Assembly (NCBI GenBank): GCA_958295765.1
Contig: CATQHB010000002.1
Location: 2,928,091 to 2,992,090, forward strand
DNA length: 64,000 bases
Direction of reading: 5' to 3'
DNA from: an uncultured Dehalococcoidia bacterium
GTDB lineage: Bacteria > Chloroflexota > Dehalococcoidia > Lucifugimonadales > UBA3495
Part shown: positions 1 to 8,351 of the stretch, one piece after another
Numbering within the stretch: the first letter of the stretch is position 1
How the letters are laid out: the number at the start of each line of letters is the position of its first letter
Program-made: the position numbers and the translations under genes
The notes under the pieces: generated by a model
Databases searched by the model: none
What the model was told of the DNA's origin: nothing
The model's input: only the letters and a program-made list of their open reading frames with translations

Positions 1-262
1 GCACATGCACCAGGCCCAGAGCGGCACCCAAGGCTCCGCCTCGGACATCCAGATTGCCGCCCGGGAGATTACCCGCCTCCAGGAACGGCTGCGGACAATC
101 CTCTCGGAAAGCACCGGCCAGAGCTACGAGCAGATTTCCATGGACTCGGACCGGGACAACTATATGACCCCGGAACAGGCCAAGGAATACGGCCTGGTGG
201 ATGAAATTCTAGGCGGCGGGGACAAGGCCGCCGACGAGTCGGATTCGGATAAGGCCGCCTAG
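1..262 (+). CDS. clpP: ATP-dependent Clp protease proteolytic subunit ClpP, C-terminal fragment (5' end lies outside the window)
   Basis: The frame of ORF 5..262 is open to the window edge. SASDIQIAAREI..LQERL..ILSESTGQSYEQI..DSDRDNYMTPEQAKEYGLVDEIL matches the conserved ClpP C-terminus. It is followed by clpX, as in the canonical operon. Confidence 0.85.
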   Translation, partial: HMHQAQSGTQGSASDIQIAAREITRLQERLRTILSESTGQSYEQISMDSDRDNYMTPEQAKEYGLVDEILGGGDKAADESDSDKAA

Positions 263-305
263 TCGGGCAAGCCGGCATCACTAAACCCGTTCCCGTACCG
301 GCAAC

Positions 306-365
306 CCGCTCATCCTGAGCTTGTCGAAGGACGGGCGGATGGTTCGACAGGCTCACCATGAGCGG
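306..365. repeat. REP-A hairpin element
   Basis: CCGCTCATCCTGAGCTTGTCGAAGGA..GGTTCGACAGGCTCACCATGAGCGG. Translations give the AHHER / SLSKD pseudo-peptides seen in many spurious ORFs. Confidence 0.9.
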
Positions 366-407
366 ATTTTGGATGAGCGAGTTTTGGATACCGGGTATTT
401 TCATCGG

Positions 408-531
408 GGTAGGGGCGGGTTTGTAACCCGCCCGTCCCGCAATGGCAAACCCGGCTCGGAAAACCGACGCCGCGCCATAGCTGAACCGTCCCGACCTCGG
501 AACGTGGGCGGGTTACAAACCCGCCCCTACC
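408..531. repeat. REP-B element (inner inverted repeats)
   Basis: GGTAGGGGCGGGTTTGTAACCCGCCC ...72 nt... GGGCGGGTTACAAACCCGCCCCTACC. Confidence 0.9.
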
Positions 532-654
532 AGACCAATTAGGTGTAGCTTGGCAAGACAATACCAACAAATGTTGGAAACACCGGCTACCGGCCCGGAT
601 ACCGGGTAGCCGGGCAAAACCCCGGTAGCGACTTTAAGATGGCAGTAGAGAATC

Positions 655-1965
655 GTGACTAGCAGCGATGCCAGAGGCCCCGGCGGTAGAGACGGTGCCC
701 GCCCGATGCAATGCTCTTTCTGCGGAAAGGGCCGGGGGCGCGCCGAGTTGGTGCTGGCCGGCCAGGGCCGGGCCTCGGTCTGCTACGACTGCATCCGGGC
801 CTTGGGCGAGTTGATTGAACCGGAAAGCCCGGAACCGCCCGCACCGTCGCCCCGGGACGGCCCCCTGGTGCCCCGGGAAATCTACGCCAACCTGGACGCT
901 TACGTCATCGGTCAGGAACAGGCCAAAAAGACCCTGAGCGTGGCCGTCTATAATCACTTCAAGCGGGTCTGGGCCGATGCCGGCAACGCCGACGTGGAAC
1001 TGCAAAAGGCCAACATCCTGCTGATGGGGCCTACCGGCTGCGGCAAAACCCTCCTGGCCGAGACCCTGGCCCGCACCCTGGCCGTCCCCTTTGCCGTCTG
1101 CGACGCCACTTCCCTCACCGAGTCCGGCTACGTGGGCGAGGACGTGGAGAACATTCTGCTGCGCCTCATCCAGGCCGCCGACTGGAACATCGCCCGCGCG
1201 GAGCAGGGCATCATTTACATTGATGAGCTGGACAAAATCGCCCGTAAGGAAGGGGTCAACCGCTCCATCACCCGGGACGTTTCCGGCGAGGGCGTGCAGC
1301 AGGAATTATTGAAAATTATTGAGGGCTGCGTGGCTAACGTGCCGCCTCAGGGGGGCCGCAAGCATCCCCAGCAAGAGTTTCTGCAAATCAACACCCGCAA
1401 CGTCCTGTTCATCTGCGGGGGCGCCTTTGAGGGCCTCAGCGACATCATCGCTCGCCGCATCGCCACTCACGGCTCCCAACTGGGCTTTCTGGGCGGCAGC
1501 CGGAGCAAGGCGGACACCGAGGGCAGCATCCTGTCCCAGGTTACGCCGGAGGACTTGCTGGAGTTCGGGTTTATCCCGGAAATGGTGGGCCGCCTGCCGG
1601 TGGTAACCAGCCTGGAACACCTGGACCGGGAGGCCCTGATTCGGGTGCTGACCGAGCCGAAGAACGCCATCGTCAAGCAGTATCAACACCTGTTCAGCAT
1701 TGACGGCGTGGACCTGGAGTTTACGCCGGGGGCGTTAGCGGCGGCGGCGGAACGGGCCTTGAACCACTATACCGGCGCCCGCTGCCTGCGCTACATTGTC
1801 GAGGAGACCCTGCTGGACGCAATGTACGAAATGCCCTCCCTGAACCACATCACCCGCTGCGTAGTTGACCGGGACGCCATCGAGGGACGGGGAGCGCCAA
1901 CCCTGATAACCCAAACCGGCGAAAGCGTCCGCCTCTGCCCCGAACTTTTCCAGCAATCCGCCTGA
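655..1965 (+). CDS. clpX: ATP-dependent Clp protease ATP-binding subunit ClpX
   Basis: 436-aa ORF with an N-terminal zinc ribbon (CSFCGK..CYDC), Walker A GPTGCGKT, Walker [10 protein letters not shown] and an LGF loop. It lies downstream of clpP. ATG 706 is an alternative start. Confidence 0.95.
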   Translation: MTSSDARGPGGRDGARPMQCSFCGKGRGRAELVLAGQGRASVCYDCIRALGELIEPESPEPPAPSPRDGPLVPREIYANLDAYVIGQEQAKKTLSVAVYNHFKRVWADAGNADVELQKANILLMGPTGCGKTLLAETLARTLAVPFAVCDATSLTESGYVGEDVENILLRLIQAADWNIARAEQGIIYIDELDKIARKEGVNRSITRDVSGEGVQQELLKIIEGCVANVPPQGGRKHPQQEFLQINTRNVLFICGGAFEGLSDIIARRIATHGSQLGFLGGSRSKADTEGSILSQVTPEDLLEFGFIPEMVGRLPVVTSLEHLDREALIRVLTEPKNAIVKQYQHLFSIDGVDLEFTPGALAAAAERALNHYTGARCLRYIVEETLLDAMYEMPSLNHITRCVVDRDAIEGRGAPTLITQTGESVRLCPELFQQSA

Positions 1966-2084
1966 TTTTTGCCCCGCTTCTCCAGTAATTCCCCCACTTC
2001 GCGCCCGCTTGCCCCGTTTCCTCTAATGGCAGTTGTTAAATTCCGCTTGGGGTAAGCTGGTCTCCCCTGATGGCGAACTTGTCT

Positions 2085-2109
2085 CCGCTCATGGTGAGCC
2101 TGTCGAACC
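2085..2109. repeat. REP-A half element
   Basis: CCGCTCATGGTGAGCCTGTCGAACC only. Confidence 0.7.
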
Positions 2110-2142
2110 ATCCCGACACCGGGGCATAGCAACCTACCCAAA

Positions 2143-2240
2143 CCGTCGTTCCGGCGAAAGCCGGAATCCAGGAAATCCTCAGGGAAAAGAGCGTGCCGGC
2201 TACCGATGGTTCTGGATTCCGGCTTTCGCCGGAACGACGG
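2143..2240. repeat. REP-D hairpin element
   Basis: CCGTCGTTCCGGCGAAAGCCGGAATCCAGG ... CTGGATTCCGGCTTTCGCCGGAACGACGG (PAKAGIQ / FRRKPESR pseudo-peptides). Confidence 0.9.
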
Positions 2241-2350
2241 GTTTATGGTGAGGTTGGCTTGGTTAAGACGCTATTGCCTTGAATCACCCCAATACCGGCT
2301 TGACTAAATGTCAACTATGGTTCACACTTGCCCCGGACTGGAGGTAAGCT

Positions 2351-2638
2351 ATGCCGGAAACATTCACCCGTTGGGATGCCGCAGACCACCTGCGTACCGC
2401 AGAGGATGTTTGCCTTTACCTGGAGGCCTGCGCTGAGGAAGACCCGGGCGACGGCAGCCTGATTCGCGCCGCCCTGAACGATATTGCGCGGGCGCAAAAC
2501 ATGAGCCTACTGGCCCGGGAAGTCGGAATGACGCGCGAAGGGCTTTACAAGGCGTTGTCGGAAAAGGGCAATCCCTCTTTCACCACGGTGATGCGGATTA
2601 CCCGCGCCCTCGGAATGAAATTGCGGATTACGGTGTAG
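2351..2638 (+). CDS. HigA-like addiction-module antidote protein (HTH), apparently orphan
   Basis: 95 aa. IRAALNDIARAQNMSLLAREVGMTREGLYKALSEKGNPSFTTVMRITRALGMKL matches, from memory, the 'probable addiction module antidote' family. GGAGGT lies 5 nt before the ATG. No toxin ORF is found upstream. Confidence 0.8.
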   Translation: MPETFTRWDAADHLRTAEDVCLYLEACAEEDPGDGSLIRAALNDIARAQNMSLLAREVGMTREGLYKALSEKGNPSFTTVMRITRALGMKLRITV

Positions 2639-2675
2639 GGGTAAGCGCCGAACTTGGCCTTGCTGCTAAAGGCGG

Positions 2676-3515
2676 CTACGCCACCCCGTCCGTCGCCATT
2701 GCCCGGTCAATTTCGGCGTCCAGGCACAAACCCTGCGGCATTGTTTCGGCCAGGCGCCGCCCGGTGGCGTCCAGTACCTGCCCGTCCCGGAGGGTGAGCC
2801 GGCCCTCGGACACGGCCCGCAGCGTTTCCAGCAGGAGGTAAGGCTCCCGCCGGTATTCGGCCTGGCGTATCTGCTGGAACAGGGGAAACTCCTCTCCCTG
2901 GGCCGTCCGTACCGCGTCCACATCATGCCCGGCCAGTGCTTGCCAGGCGGGGTCAAAGGCCGGGCCGGTAATGGGGGCGGTGCAGTAGGACAGGGCCGGC
3001 CCCCGGTCCACCTCCTCGGTCGCCAGGTGAATCATGGCGCCGGTGCGGGTGGCCCGCTCCCGAATCAGCGTCCAGATGACTTCCTGCCAGGTTCCGATGG
3101 GGCCGTCGGGCAGGGCCGGGTGCAGGTTCAGCAGGGGATAGCGGCGGCACATTTCCCCGCCCATTATCAGCATATACCCGGCCAGCACGCAAATATCCGG
3201 CGCATAGTCAGCCAGGGCCGCTATTATCTGCCGGTCAAACTCCGGCCGCAACTCGGCCCAAGGCGCTCTGGCGCCGTCCGCCGCGCGGCGGGAACGGCGC
3301 AACTCGGCGGAGGAGCGGGTAATCAGGGGGATGCCGTAGGCGGCGACCAGCCGGAAAAACTCATCGGAGCCTTCCGCCTCGCCCGGCCCCCGGTTGCTGA
3401 ACACGAACCGGATCCGGGCCTCCAGCCGGTTGTCCTCAATTCGGTCCTGGACGAACCGCAGCAGGCCCCGGGAGCCTTCGCCCCGTCCGGTAGAAAACCA
3501 GCCAATGTTCAGCAT
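2676..3515 (-). CDS. formyltransferase-domain protein (PurN-like)
   Basis: 279 aa. N-terminal IGWFSTGRGEGSRGLL...FVFSN and LNLHPALPDG resemble the PurN/formyl_trans_N G-rich loop and the N-x-HPS-LLP motif. The gene starts 3 nt after the xseB stop. Confidence 0.6.
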   Translation of the reverse strand: MLNIGWFSTGRGEGSRGLLRFVQDRIEDNRLEARIRFVFSNRGPGEAEGSDEFFRLVAAYGIPLITRSSAELRRSRRAADGARAPWAELRPEFDRQIIAALADYAPDICVLAGYMLIMGGEMCRRYPLLNLHPALPDGPIGTWQEVIWTLIRERATRTGAMIHLATEEVDRGPALSYCTAPITGPAFDPAWQALAGHDVDAVRTAQGEEFPLFQQIRQAEYRREPYLLLETLRAVSEGRLTLRDGQVLDATGRRLAETMPQGLCLDAEIDRAMATDGVA

Positions 3516-3518
3516 CGG

Positions 3519-3848
3519 TTAAAAGGTCCCGGGCAGGTCTTCTTCCGGCCCCCAATCATCGTCCGGCGGCGGCAACTCCGAATCACCCTGCCAAAGGAGT
3601 CCACCGGGCGCGGCATTGGGCGTGCCGGCGTTATCCCGCACCTGAGAAATCCGCAGTTCGGTCTCCTCCAGCAGTTGGCTGCACCGCCGCACCAGACCCA
3701 TGCCCTGCTCATAAAGCTCGGCCGCCTGTTCCAGAGGCAGGCCGCCGGCCTCCAATGTTTCCGCCACCAACCCCAGCCGGGTAAAGGCTTCCTCAAAGGA
3801 TAGGGACTGAGGATTGGGCAAAGGCGAGTCATTCTGCGTTTCAAGCAT
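3519..3848 (-). CDS. xseB: exodeoxyribonuclease VII small subunit
   Basis: 109 aa. SFEEAFTRLGLVAETLEAGGLPLEQAAELYEQGMGLVRRCSQLLEETELRISQV is the typical XseB helical hairpin. Confidence 0.85.
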   Translation of the reverse strand: MLETQNDSPLPNPQSLSFEEAFTRLGLVAETLEAGGLPLEQAAELYEQGMGLVRRCSQLLEETELRISQVRDNAGTPNAAPGGLLWQGDSELPPPDDDWGPEEDLPGTF

Positions 3849-4032
3849 AGGGCGGTGAAACCTCGGCGATAGGCTGACGGATGGACGTGCTGAAAGGTAC
3901 GGGCGATTGGCCCAATCCAGTGTAACCCGTAATCCGGGCGGTGGAAAGGGCCGAGGAGGGTAAAATGCCCGGCGATTGTAAAGTCAACGCCAATGACGGG
4001 GGGATGTTCGTAGTGGGGGGTATCCTTTTGCG

Positions 4033-4106
4033 CCGCTCATCCTGATCTTGTTGAAGGATTAACCGTCGGACGGGGTAGGGTAGTTCGACAAGCTCACCAT
4101 GAGCGG
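4033..4106. repeat. REP-A element (downstream flank of HEPN cassette A)
   Basis: CCGCTCATCCTGATCTTGTTGAAGGA...GTTCGACAAGCTCACCATGAGCGG. Confidence 0.85.
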
Positions 4107-4136
4107 TTTGAGTAGCGTGTTGGTATTGGTGGGGCA

Positions 4137-4649
4137 TTAGTTCCTGAGGGTCAACAAGACATACACCGCAAAGGCGCGCCGGTCTCTGGCCGGAGTCTGG
4201 TGGAATAGTTCAATGGCTTCCGCGGCAGCGGTTATATCCTGAAAGACGGTCGGCTTGGTAAAAGTTGCTTCCGGGGCATAGTCCGCCCTTTGGCGTTTCT
4301 GCTGCATATCGATGAATTCGGAGGCAAACTTCTGGATTCCATAGGGGAATCCCTCGTTGATTGAAGTCTGGCAACGGCGCCGGGCGGTGCCGTGTTCCAG
4401 CGCCCGGTAAGTTTGCCGCCACGCCGGTTCGCTGCGGTCGGCCCCGGCGCCGCCTACCAGCATATCGGCGCAGCAGGCGGCCAGGCAGTGGAACATAGCG
4501 TAGTAAGCGGTGCTGACGGCCCGGCGCAGATTGGTCTGCCGCGGGCGTCCCCGTTGGCCGGCGGCAATCAGGTCTTGGGCCGTAGTGATTAAATTAGATG
4601 GAGTCAATTTTCCCGCGCCGTAGAAAGTATCGGTACTCGGCTTGGTCAA
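4137..4649 (-). CDS. HEPN-like domain protein, cassette copy A
   Basis: RRAVSTAYYAMFH helix, W.QTYRALEHG and a C-terminal QKRQRADY (R..ADY) resemble the classical non-catalytic HEPN fold. Homologous to 7869..8351 and 8809..9291. The ORF-track start is TTG 4649; TTG 4607 would reproduce the 14-nt overlap seen in copies B and C. Confidence 0.55.
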   Translation of the reverse strand: MTKPSTDTFYGAGKLTPSNLITTAQDLIAAGQRGRPRQTNLRRAVSTAYYAMFHCLAACCADMLVGGAGADRSEPAWRQTYRALEHGTARRRCQTSINEGFPYGIQKFASEFIDMQQKRQRADYAPEATFTKPTVFQDITAAAEAIELFHQTPARDRRAFAVYVLLTLRN

Positions 4650-4911
4650 TGAAGGACGGCGAAGGAAACTCCGTTATACCTGCCGCTTCCAGCTTGGGCC
4701 GAACTTTCAGAATCAAGCCGCCGCCAGTCCAATCCGGCTCCAGCCGCTGCTGGTCCCCGTCATAGACAATCAGGACGCGGAGATAGTCATCCCCGCACCA
4801 GTCCACATCAGGATTGACTACGATGGGGCCGAAAACCACTTCTCCGGCATAGTGTCCATTCAGGGTTTCGGCGAAAATTTCCTTGACCTTTTCCAACCCT
4901 TCCAATGTCAT
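4594..4911 (-). CDS. small partner protein of HEPN-like cassette, copy A (in the MNT position but lacking the MNT signature)
   Basis: 105 aa. VVFGPIVVNPDVDWCGDDYLRVLIVYDGDQQRLEPDWTGGG aligns with FVFDPIIVEPAIDPWGGEYLDVFIIFDGDQKNLDPAWTGG of copies B and C. It overlaps the downstream HEPN-like gene. GGAG lies 10 nt upstream of the ATG. Confidence 0.55.
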   Translation of the reverse strand: MTLEGLEKVKEIFAETLNGHYAGEVVFGPIVVNPDVDWCGDDYLRVLIVYDGDQQRLEPDWTGGGLILKVRPKLEAAGITEFPSPSFIDQAEYRYFLRRGKIDSI

Positions 4912-5025
4912 TGTATCTACTCCAGCGCTCCCCTTGGAAATACTTTAGGAGACCGGGGCCTGGCGTGTCAATCGCCCGCTGTCTGGGCCTCAAGGCGTGT
5001 ACCAAGTCTGCGCTAATAATAAAGT

Positions 5026-5085
5026 CCGCTCATCCTGAGCTTGTCGAAGGATGGGTTGGTGGTTCGACAGGCTCACCATGAGCGG
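5026..5085. repeat. REP-A element (upstream flank of HEPN cassette A)
   Basis: Same orientation as 4033..4106. Confidence 0.9.
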
Positions 5086-5142
5086 ATTTTGTTCTTGGCA
5101 TAGACTTTGCAATCGCCCTAGGGTTGTGCCAGGGTTAGATCT

Positions 5143-6558
5143 CTAAAACAGCCGTTCCATTCCCGGCGGTTCGGCGGGTTTGGGGCGGTTGCGGCGGGTT
5201 GTTCGGGGTGGGGATTGCGGCTCTGGCTCCGGATCAGGGTCGGGAACGGTTTCCGGGGTGGGCGTGTCGGCTACCGAGTCGAGGGTGGTGTCGTTGGAGA
5301 CGGTGGTAGTGGGCGCGGCAATTTCGGGGGTGGCGGATTGGGTTAATTCACTGGCTATTCCGTCAATCACCGTGGCCGGGATGGTGCCGTCGGCCAGGGT
5401 GATGGTCAGGGCGTCGCCGCCGGTTACCTGGCCGGCGGTGGTTATTACCTGGCCGGTGTCGTTGCGCTGCACTACCGAGAAGCCCCGCCGCAGGGTGGCC
5501 GCCGGGTCTAAAGTACGCAGCCGGCGCTCCAGGCCGTCCACTTCCACCCGGGCCAGTTGCAGGCGGTTCCTGAAGCCGCCGCTGACCGCATCGCCCAGGT
5601 CGTCCACCCGGCGTTTCAGGCCGTTCAGGTCGGGCAGGGCGGAGTCCAGGCGGCGAGTCAGGTTTGCCACGTCGCCCCGGTTATTGGCGGCGGTGCGCGC
5701 CACTCCCCGCCAGGCCCGGTCGGCCCATTCGCTTACCGCCTGGCGCAGGGCGGCCTGGTCGGGGACTACCAGTTCCGCCGCCGCCGAGGGAGTGGGGGCG
5801 CGCCGGTCAGCCACGTAGTCGGCGATGGTGAAGTCGGTTTCGTGGCCCACGCCGCTGACTACGGGAATCCGGCTGCCAAAGACGGCCCGGGCCACCGCCT
5901 CCTCGTTGAAGGGCCACAGATCTTCCAGGGAGCCGCCGCCCCGGGCCAGGATGATGACGTCAGCGCTGCCTGCGCCGTCCAGCCGGGCCAGGGCGGCGGC
6001 AATGGACGGGGCGGCGTCCAGGCCCTGAACCTGGGTGGGCGATAGGAGCAGGGCCGCCAGGGGGTAGCGGCGGCGGATGACGTTCTGGATGTCCTGCCAG
6101 GCCGCCCCGGTGGGAGAAGTAACTACGCCGACTACTTGGGGAAACAGGGGAAGGGGCCGCTTGCGGGATTCCTCGAACAGGCCCTCCTGGGACAGCCGGG
6201 CTTTCAGCCGTTCCAACTCCCGGGCCAGTTCGCCCTCGCCCTCCGGCAGCACCCGGTCAACCATAAAGTCGATGGAACCCCGGGGTTCGTAGAAACTCAT
6301 CCGCCCGTGGGTCCGCACCGACTTGCCGTTTTCCAGCAGGGCGGCCCCGCTGCCGACGTTCCCCCGGAAGAGGACGCAGTTCAGCGAGGATACGCTGTCC
6401 TTGAGGGTGAAGTAGGTATGGCCGGCGGGTGAGGCGCGCCGGTTGGAAACCTCTCCGACAATCCACAGGTCGGAGAGAAAGGGATGGCTTTCCAGCAACT
6501 CCCGCAGGTGGGTGGTTACCTGGCTGACGGTGAAGATTTCCTGCTGCGGGTAAGCCAA
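5143..6558 (-). CDS. xseA: exodeoxyribonuclease VII large subunit
   Basis: 471 aa. FTVSQVTTHLRELLESHPFLSDLWIVGEVSN...GHTYFTLKD (OB fold) plus the central catalytic and coiled-coil region. It has a Pro/Thr/Glu-rich C-terminal tail. Confidence 0.9.
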   Translation of the reverse strand: MAYPQQEIFTVSQVTTHLRELLESHPFLSDLWIVGEVSNRRASPAGHTYFTLKDSVSSLNCVLFRGNVGSGAALLENGKSVRTHGRMSFYEPRGSIDFMVDRVLPEGEGELARELERLKARLSQEGLFEESRKRPLPLFPQVVGVVTSPTGAAWQDIQNVIRRRYPLAALLLSPTQVQGLDAAPSIAAALARLDGAGSADVIILARGGGSLEDLWPFNEEAVARAVFGSRIPVVSGVGHETDFTIADYVADRRAPTPSAAAELVVPDQAALRQAVSEWADRAWRGVARTAANNRGDVANLTRRLDSALPDLNGLKRRVDDLGDAVSGGFRNRLQLARVEVDGLERRLRTLDPAATLRRGFSVVQRNDTGQVITTAGQVTGGDALTITLADGTIPATVIDGIASELTQSATPEIAAPTTTVSNDTTLDSVADTPTPETVPDPDPEPEPQSPPRTTRRNRPKPAEPPGMERLF

Positions 6559-6567
6559 GGCGCGGCC

Positions 6568-7134
6568 CTAGCTGACCCGCTCGGTGTACTGGCCGGTACG
6601 GGTGTCCACCCGCACCACCGTGCCGGGGGTGATGAACATAGGGACGTTGACCCGCAGGCCGGTTTCCAGGGTGGCCGGCTTGTTGCCGCCCTGGGCGGTG
6701 TCGCCCCGGAAGGCCGGCGGCGTGTCCACCACCTCCAGGTCCACGTGGATGGGCAGGTTCACGTTGATGGAGTTGCCCTTGTAAAGCACCATCTCCACCA
6801 TCATATTCTCTTTCAGGTAGTCCAGGGTGGAACCCAGTTGGCTCTTGGTAAGCTCATACTGGTCGAAGGTTTCCTGGTCGAGGAAGTAATAATAACTGCC
6901 GTCGGTGTAGAGGTACTGGGTTTCCCGGTTGTCAATCTCTGCCACGGCGAACTCGGTATCGTAACGCTGGAAAGTACGCTCCACCACCGCGCCGGAGATG
7001 AGGTTTTTCATCTTGATGCGGGTAACCGGGGCGCGCTGCTGCATCTTGTGGCGCTCATAGTCCATAATCTGCCAGGGCTGGCCGTCCAGCTCGATAACCA
7101 TATTCCGGCTCAGGTCGCTGAAGTTTATGCTCAT
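6568..7134 (-). CDS. efp: elongation factor P
   Basis: 188 aa, with three-domain EF-P-like sequence throughout (YLYTDGSYYYFLDQETFDQYEL, VDTPPAFRGDTAQGGNKPATLETG). The loop tip reads HKMQQR34AP instead of KPGKG. Confidence 0.9.
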   Translation of the reverse strand: MSINFSDLSRNMVIELDGQPWQIMDYERHKMQQRAPVTRIKMKNLISGAVVERTFQRYDTEFAVAEIDNRETQYLYTDGSYYYFLDQETFDQYELTKSQLGSTLDYLKENMMVEMVLYKGNSINVNLPIHVDLEVVDTPPAFRGDTAQGGNKPATLETGLRVNVPMFITPGTVVRVDTRTGQYTERVS

Positions 7135-7176
7135 TCTTTTCTCCCGATTTATTCGCTGCGGGTTTGCTATGCTAGG

Positions 7177-7620
7177 CTACTCGACCGGTGCGGACTGGCC
7201 CCAAGTCAGGCGGCCCAGGCGGGCTTGCTGGCGGGCGGTTCGGGGAACAAAGCCGCCGTTGGGGGAGCGGCGCGCCCGTTCCAACCTTCGCGTCAATACC
7301 TCTACGGCGTTAATACCTTCCTGAATTGCCGTTTCAGTCAGCCAATCCTCGTAGAAGTTTTTGTGCAGTTCACTGGCCTCTTTGAATAGACGGTCCAGCC
7401 GTTCCCGCCGGCGTTCGTCATTGAGTTGCGCCACCACGTCAAAGAGCAGGCCGTGGTCGTGGTGGTTCCAGTTCCGTGCGGCAGCAACACCTTTAACCGC
7501 CAGGGCGGCGGCGCCCCAAGCCTTTTCCGATGCTTGGCGCAGGTCGCCCCGGTCTAACTCGGCTTGCGCCTGAGTTAGGAGGTTTTGGCTGTCTTCCGTG
7601 TAATGGGCGTATTTCTGCAT
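7177..7620 (-). CDS. PaREP1-like (HEPN-superfamily) protein
   Basis: 147 aa. ASEKAWGAAALAVKGVAAARNWNHHDHGLLFDVVAQL matches, from memory, the PaREP1 signature. It lies directly upstream of efp with a 42-nt gap. Confidence 0.5.
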   Translation of the reverse strand: MQKYAHYTEDSQNLLTQAQAELDRGDLRQASEKAWGAAALAVKGVAAARNWNHHDHGLLFDVVAQLNDERRRERLDRLFKEASELHKNFYEDWLTETAIQEGINAVEVLTRRLERARRSPNGGFVPRTARQQARLGRLTWGQSAPVE

Positions 7621-7721
7621 ATTGTTGCTTCTTGGCGGTGTGCCAGTCCAGTATATACCAACCGGGGGCGATTTTCACCGGGAGGGCGCATCGTTTCAAG
7701 GCTGGTGCAAAGTCCTAAATT

Positions 7722-7806
7722 CGCTCATGGTGAGCTTGTCGAACCACCCTTCCGTATCCGGTGGTTCTTCTTTCAGTTCATCCTTCGACTGGTTCAGGAT
7801 GAGCGG
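7722..7806. repeat. REP-A element, inverted orientation
   Basis: CGCTCATGGTGAGCTTGTCGAACC...CCTTCGACTGGTTCAGGATGAGCGG. Confidence 0.85.
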
Positions 7807-7868
7807 GGAGGTCAACTCGGTCGGCTTTGTACCTACCCTGGCCTCGGTCTGACCGTCTGCCACCGGCC

Positions 7869-8351
7869 TTACTCCCGCCTTCGGAACAGGACGTAAATGG
7901 CAAATTCCCGTCGCTGGCCCCGGTCGGCAGCCTCAAACCCGGCAATAATGCTCACGGCCTGGTCAACCAGTTGCATAACCCGGGTGCGGTCAAAGGTTAC
8001 ACCGGGATCGTAATCGGCAAGATGGCGCTCCCGTTGCAACTCGACGAACAGCCTTCCGAAACGCCGAATTTCCAGCGGGAACCGGCTCATCATGACCCGG
8101 TTAGCGCACTGGTGGCGGGCTAAGCCATGTTCCAAAGCCCGGTAAGTCTGACGCCAACCCGGGCGGGTTCGGTTGACCGGCGTACTGCCGGCCAGCGTAT
8201 CGGCGCAGGATTGGGCCAGGGCGTGAAACAGGGCGTAATAGGCGGCGCTGACCGCTCGGCACAGGTCGGTTTGCCGGGGCCGGCCCCGCCGCCCGCTCAC
8301 CGAACCGGTTGCCAAGTGCCGGGCAATTCTAATCAAATCACCAGAAGTCAT
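7869..8351 (-). CDS. HEPN-like domain protein, cassette copy B
   Basis: 160 aa from ATG 8351 (the ORF track extends to 8432). CRAVSAAYYALFHALA, WRQTYRALEHG, LQRERHLADY. The ATG sits inside the partner's last codons, giving a 14-nt overlap (ATGACTTCTGGTGA). Confidence 0.6.
   Translation of the reverse strand: MTSGDLIRIARHLATGSVSGRRGRPRQTDLCRAVSAAYYALFHALAQSCADTLAGSTPVNRTRPGWRQTYRALEHGLARHQCANRVMMSRFPLEIRRFGRLFVELQRERHLADYDPGVTFDRTRVMQLVDQAVSIIAGFEAADRGQRREFAIYVLFRRRE

Noticed and set aside
6484-7389. Long antisense ORFs opposite real genes. Examples: 634-1005, 6484-7389, 9604-10746, 14513-15766, 17532-18872, 19264-20205, 28768-29772, 36399-37742, 46421-47290, 47475-48221, 49950-50846, 50959-51711, 55004-56128, 56611-57774, 58733-59614, 61366-62145, 62972-63883
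   Set aside because: These are high-GC shadow frames. Their products are Arg/Gly/Pro/Ala-rich with no recognisable motifs, whereas the opposite strand encodes proteins with clear family signatures.
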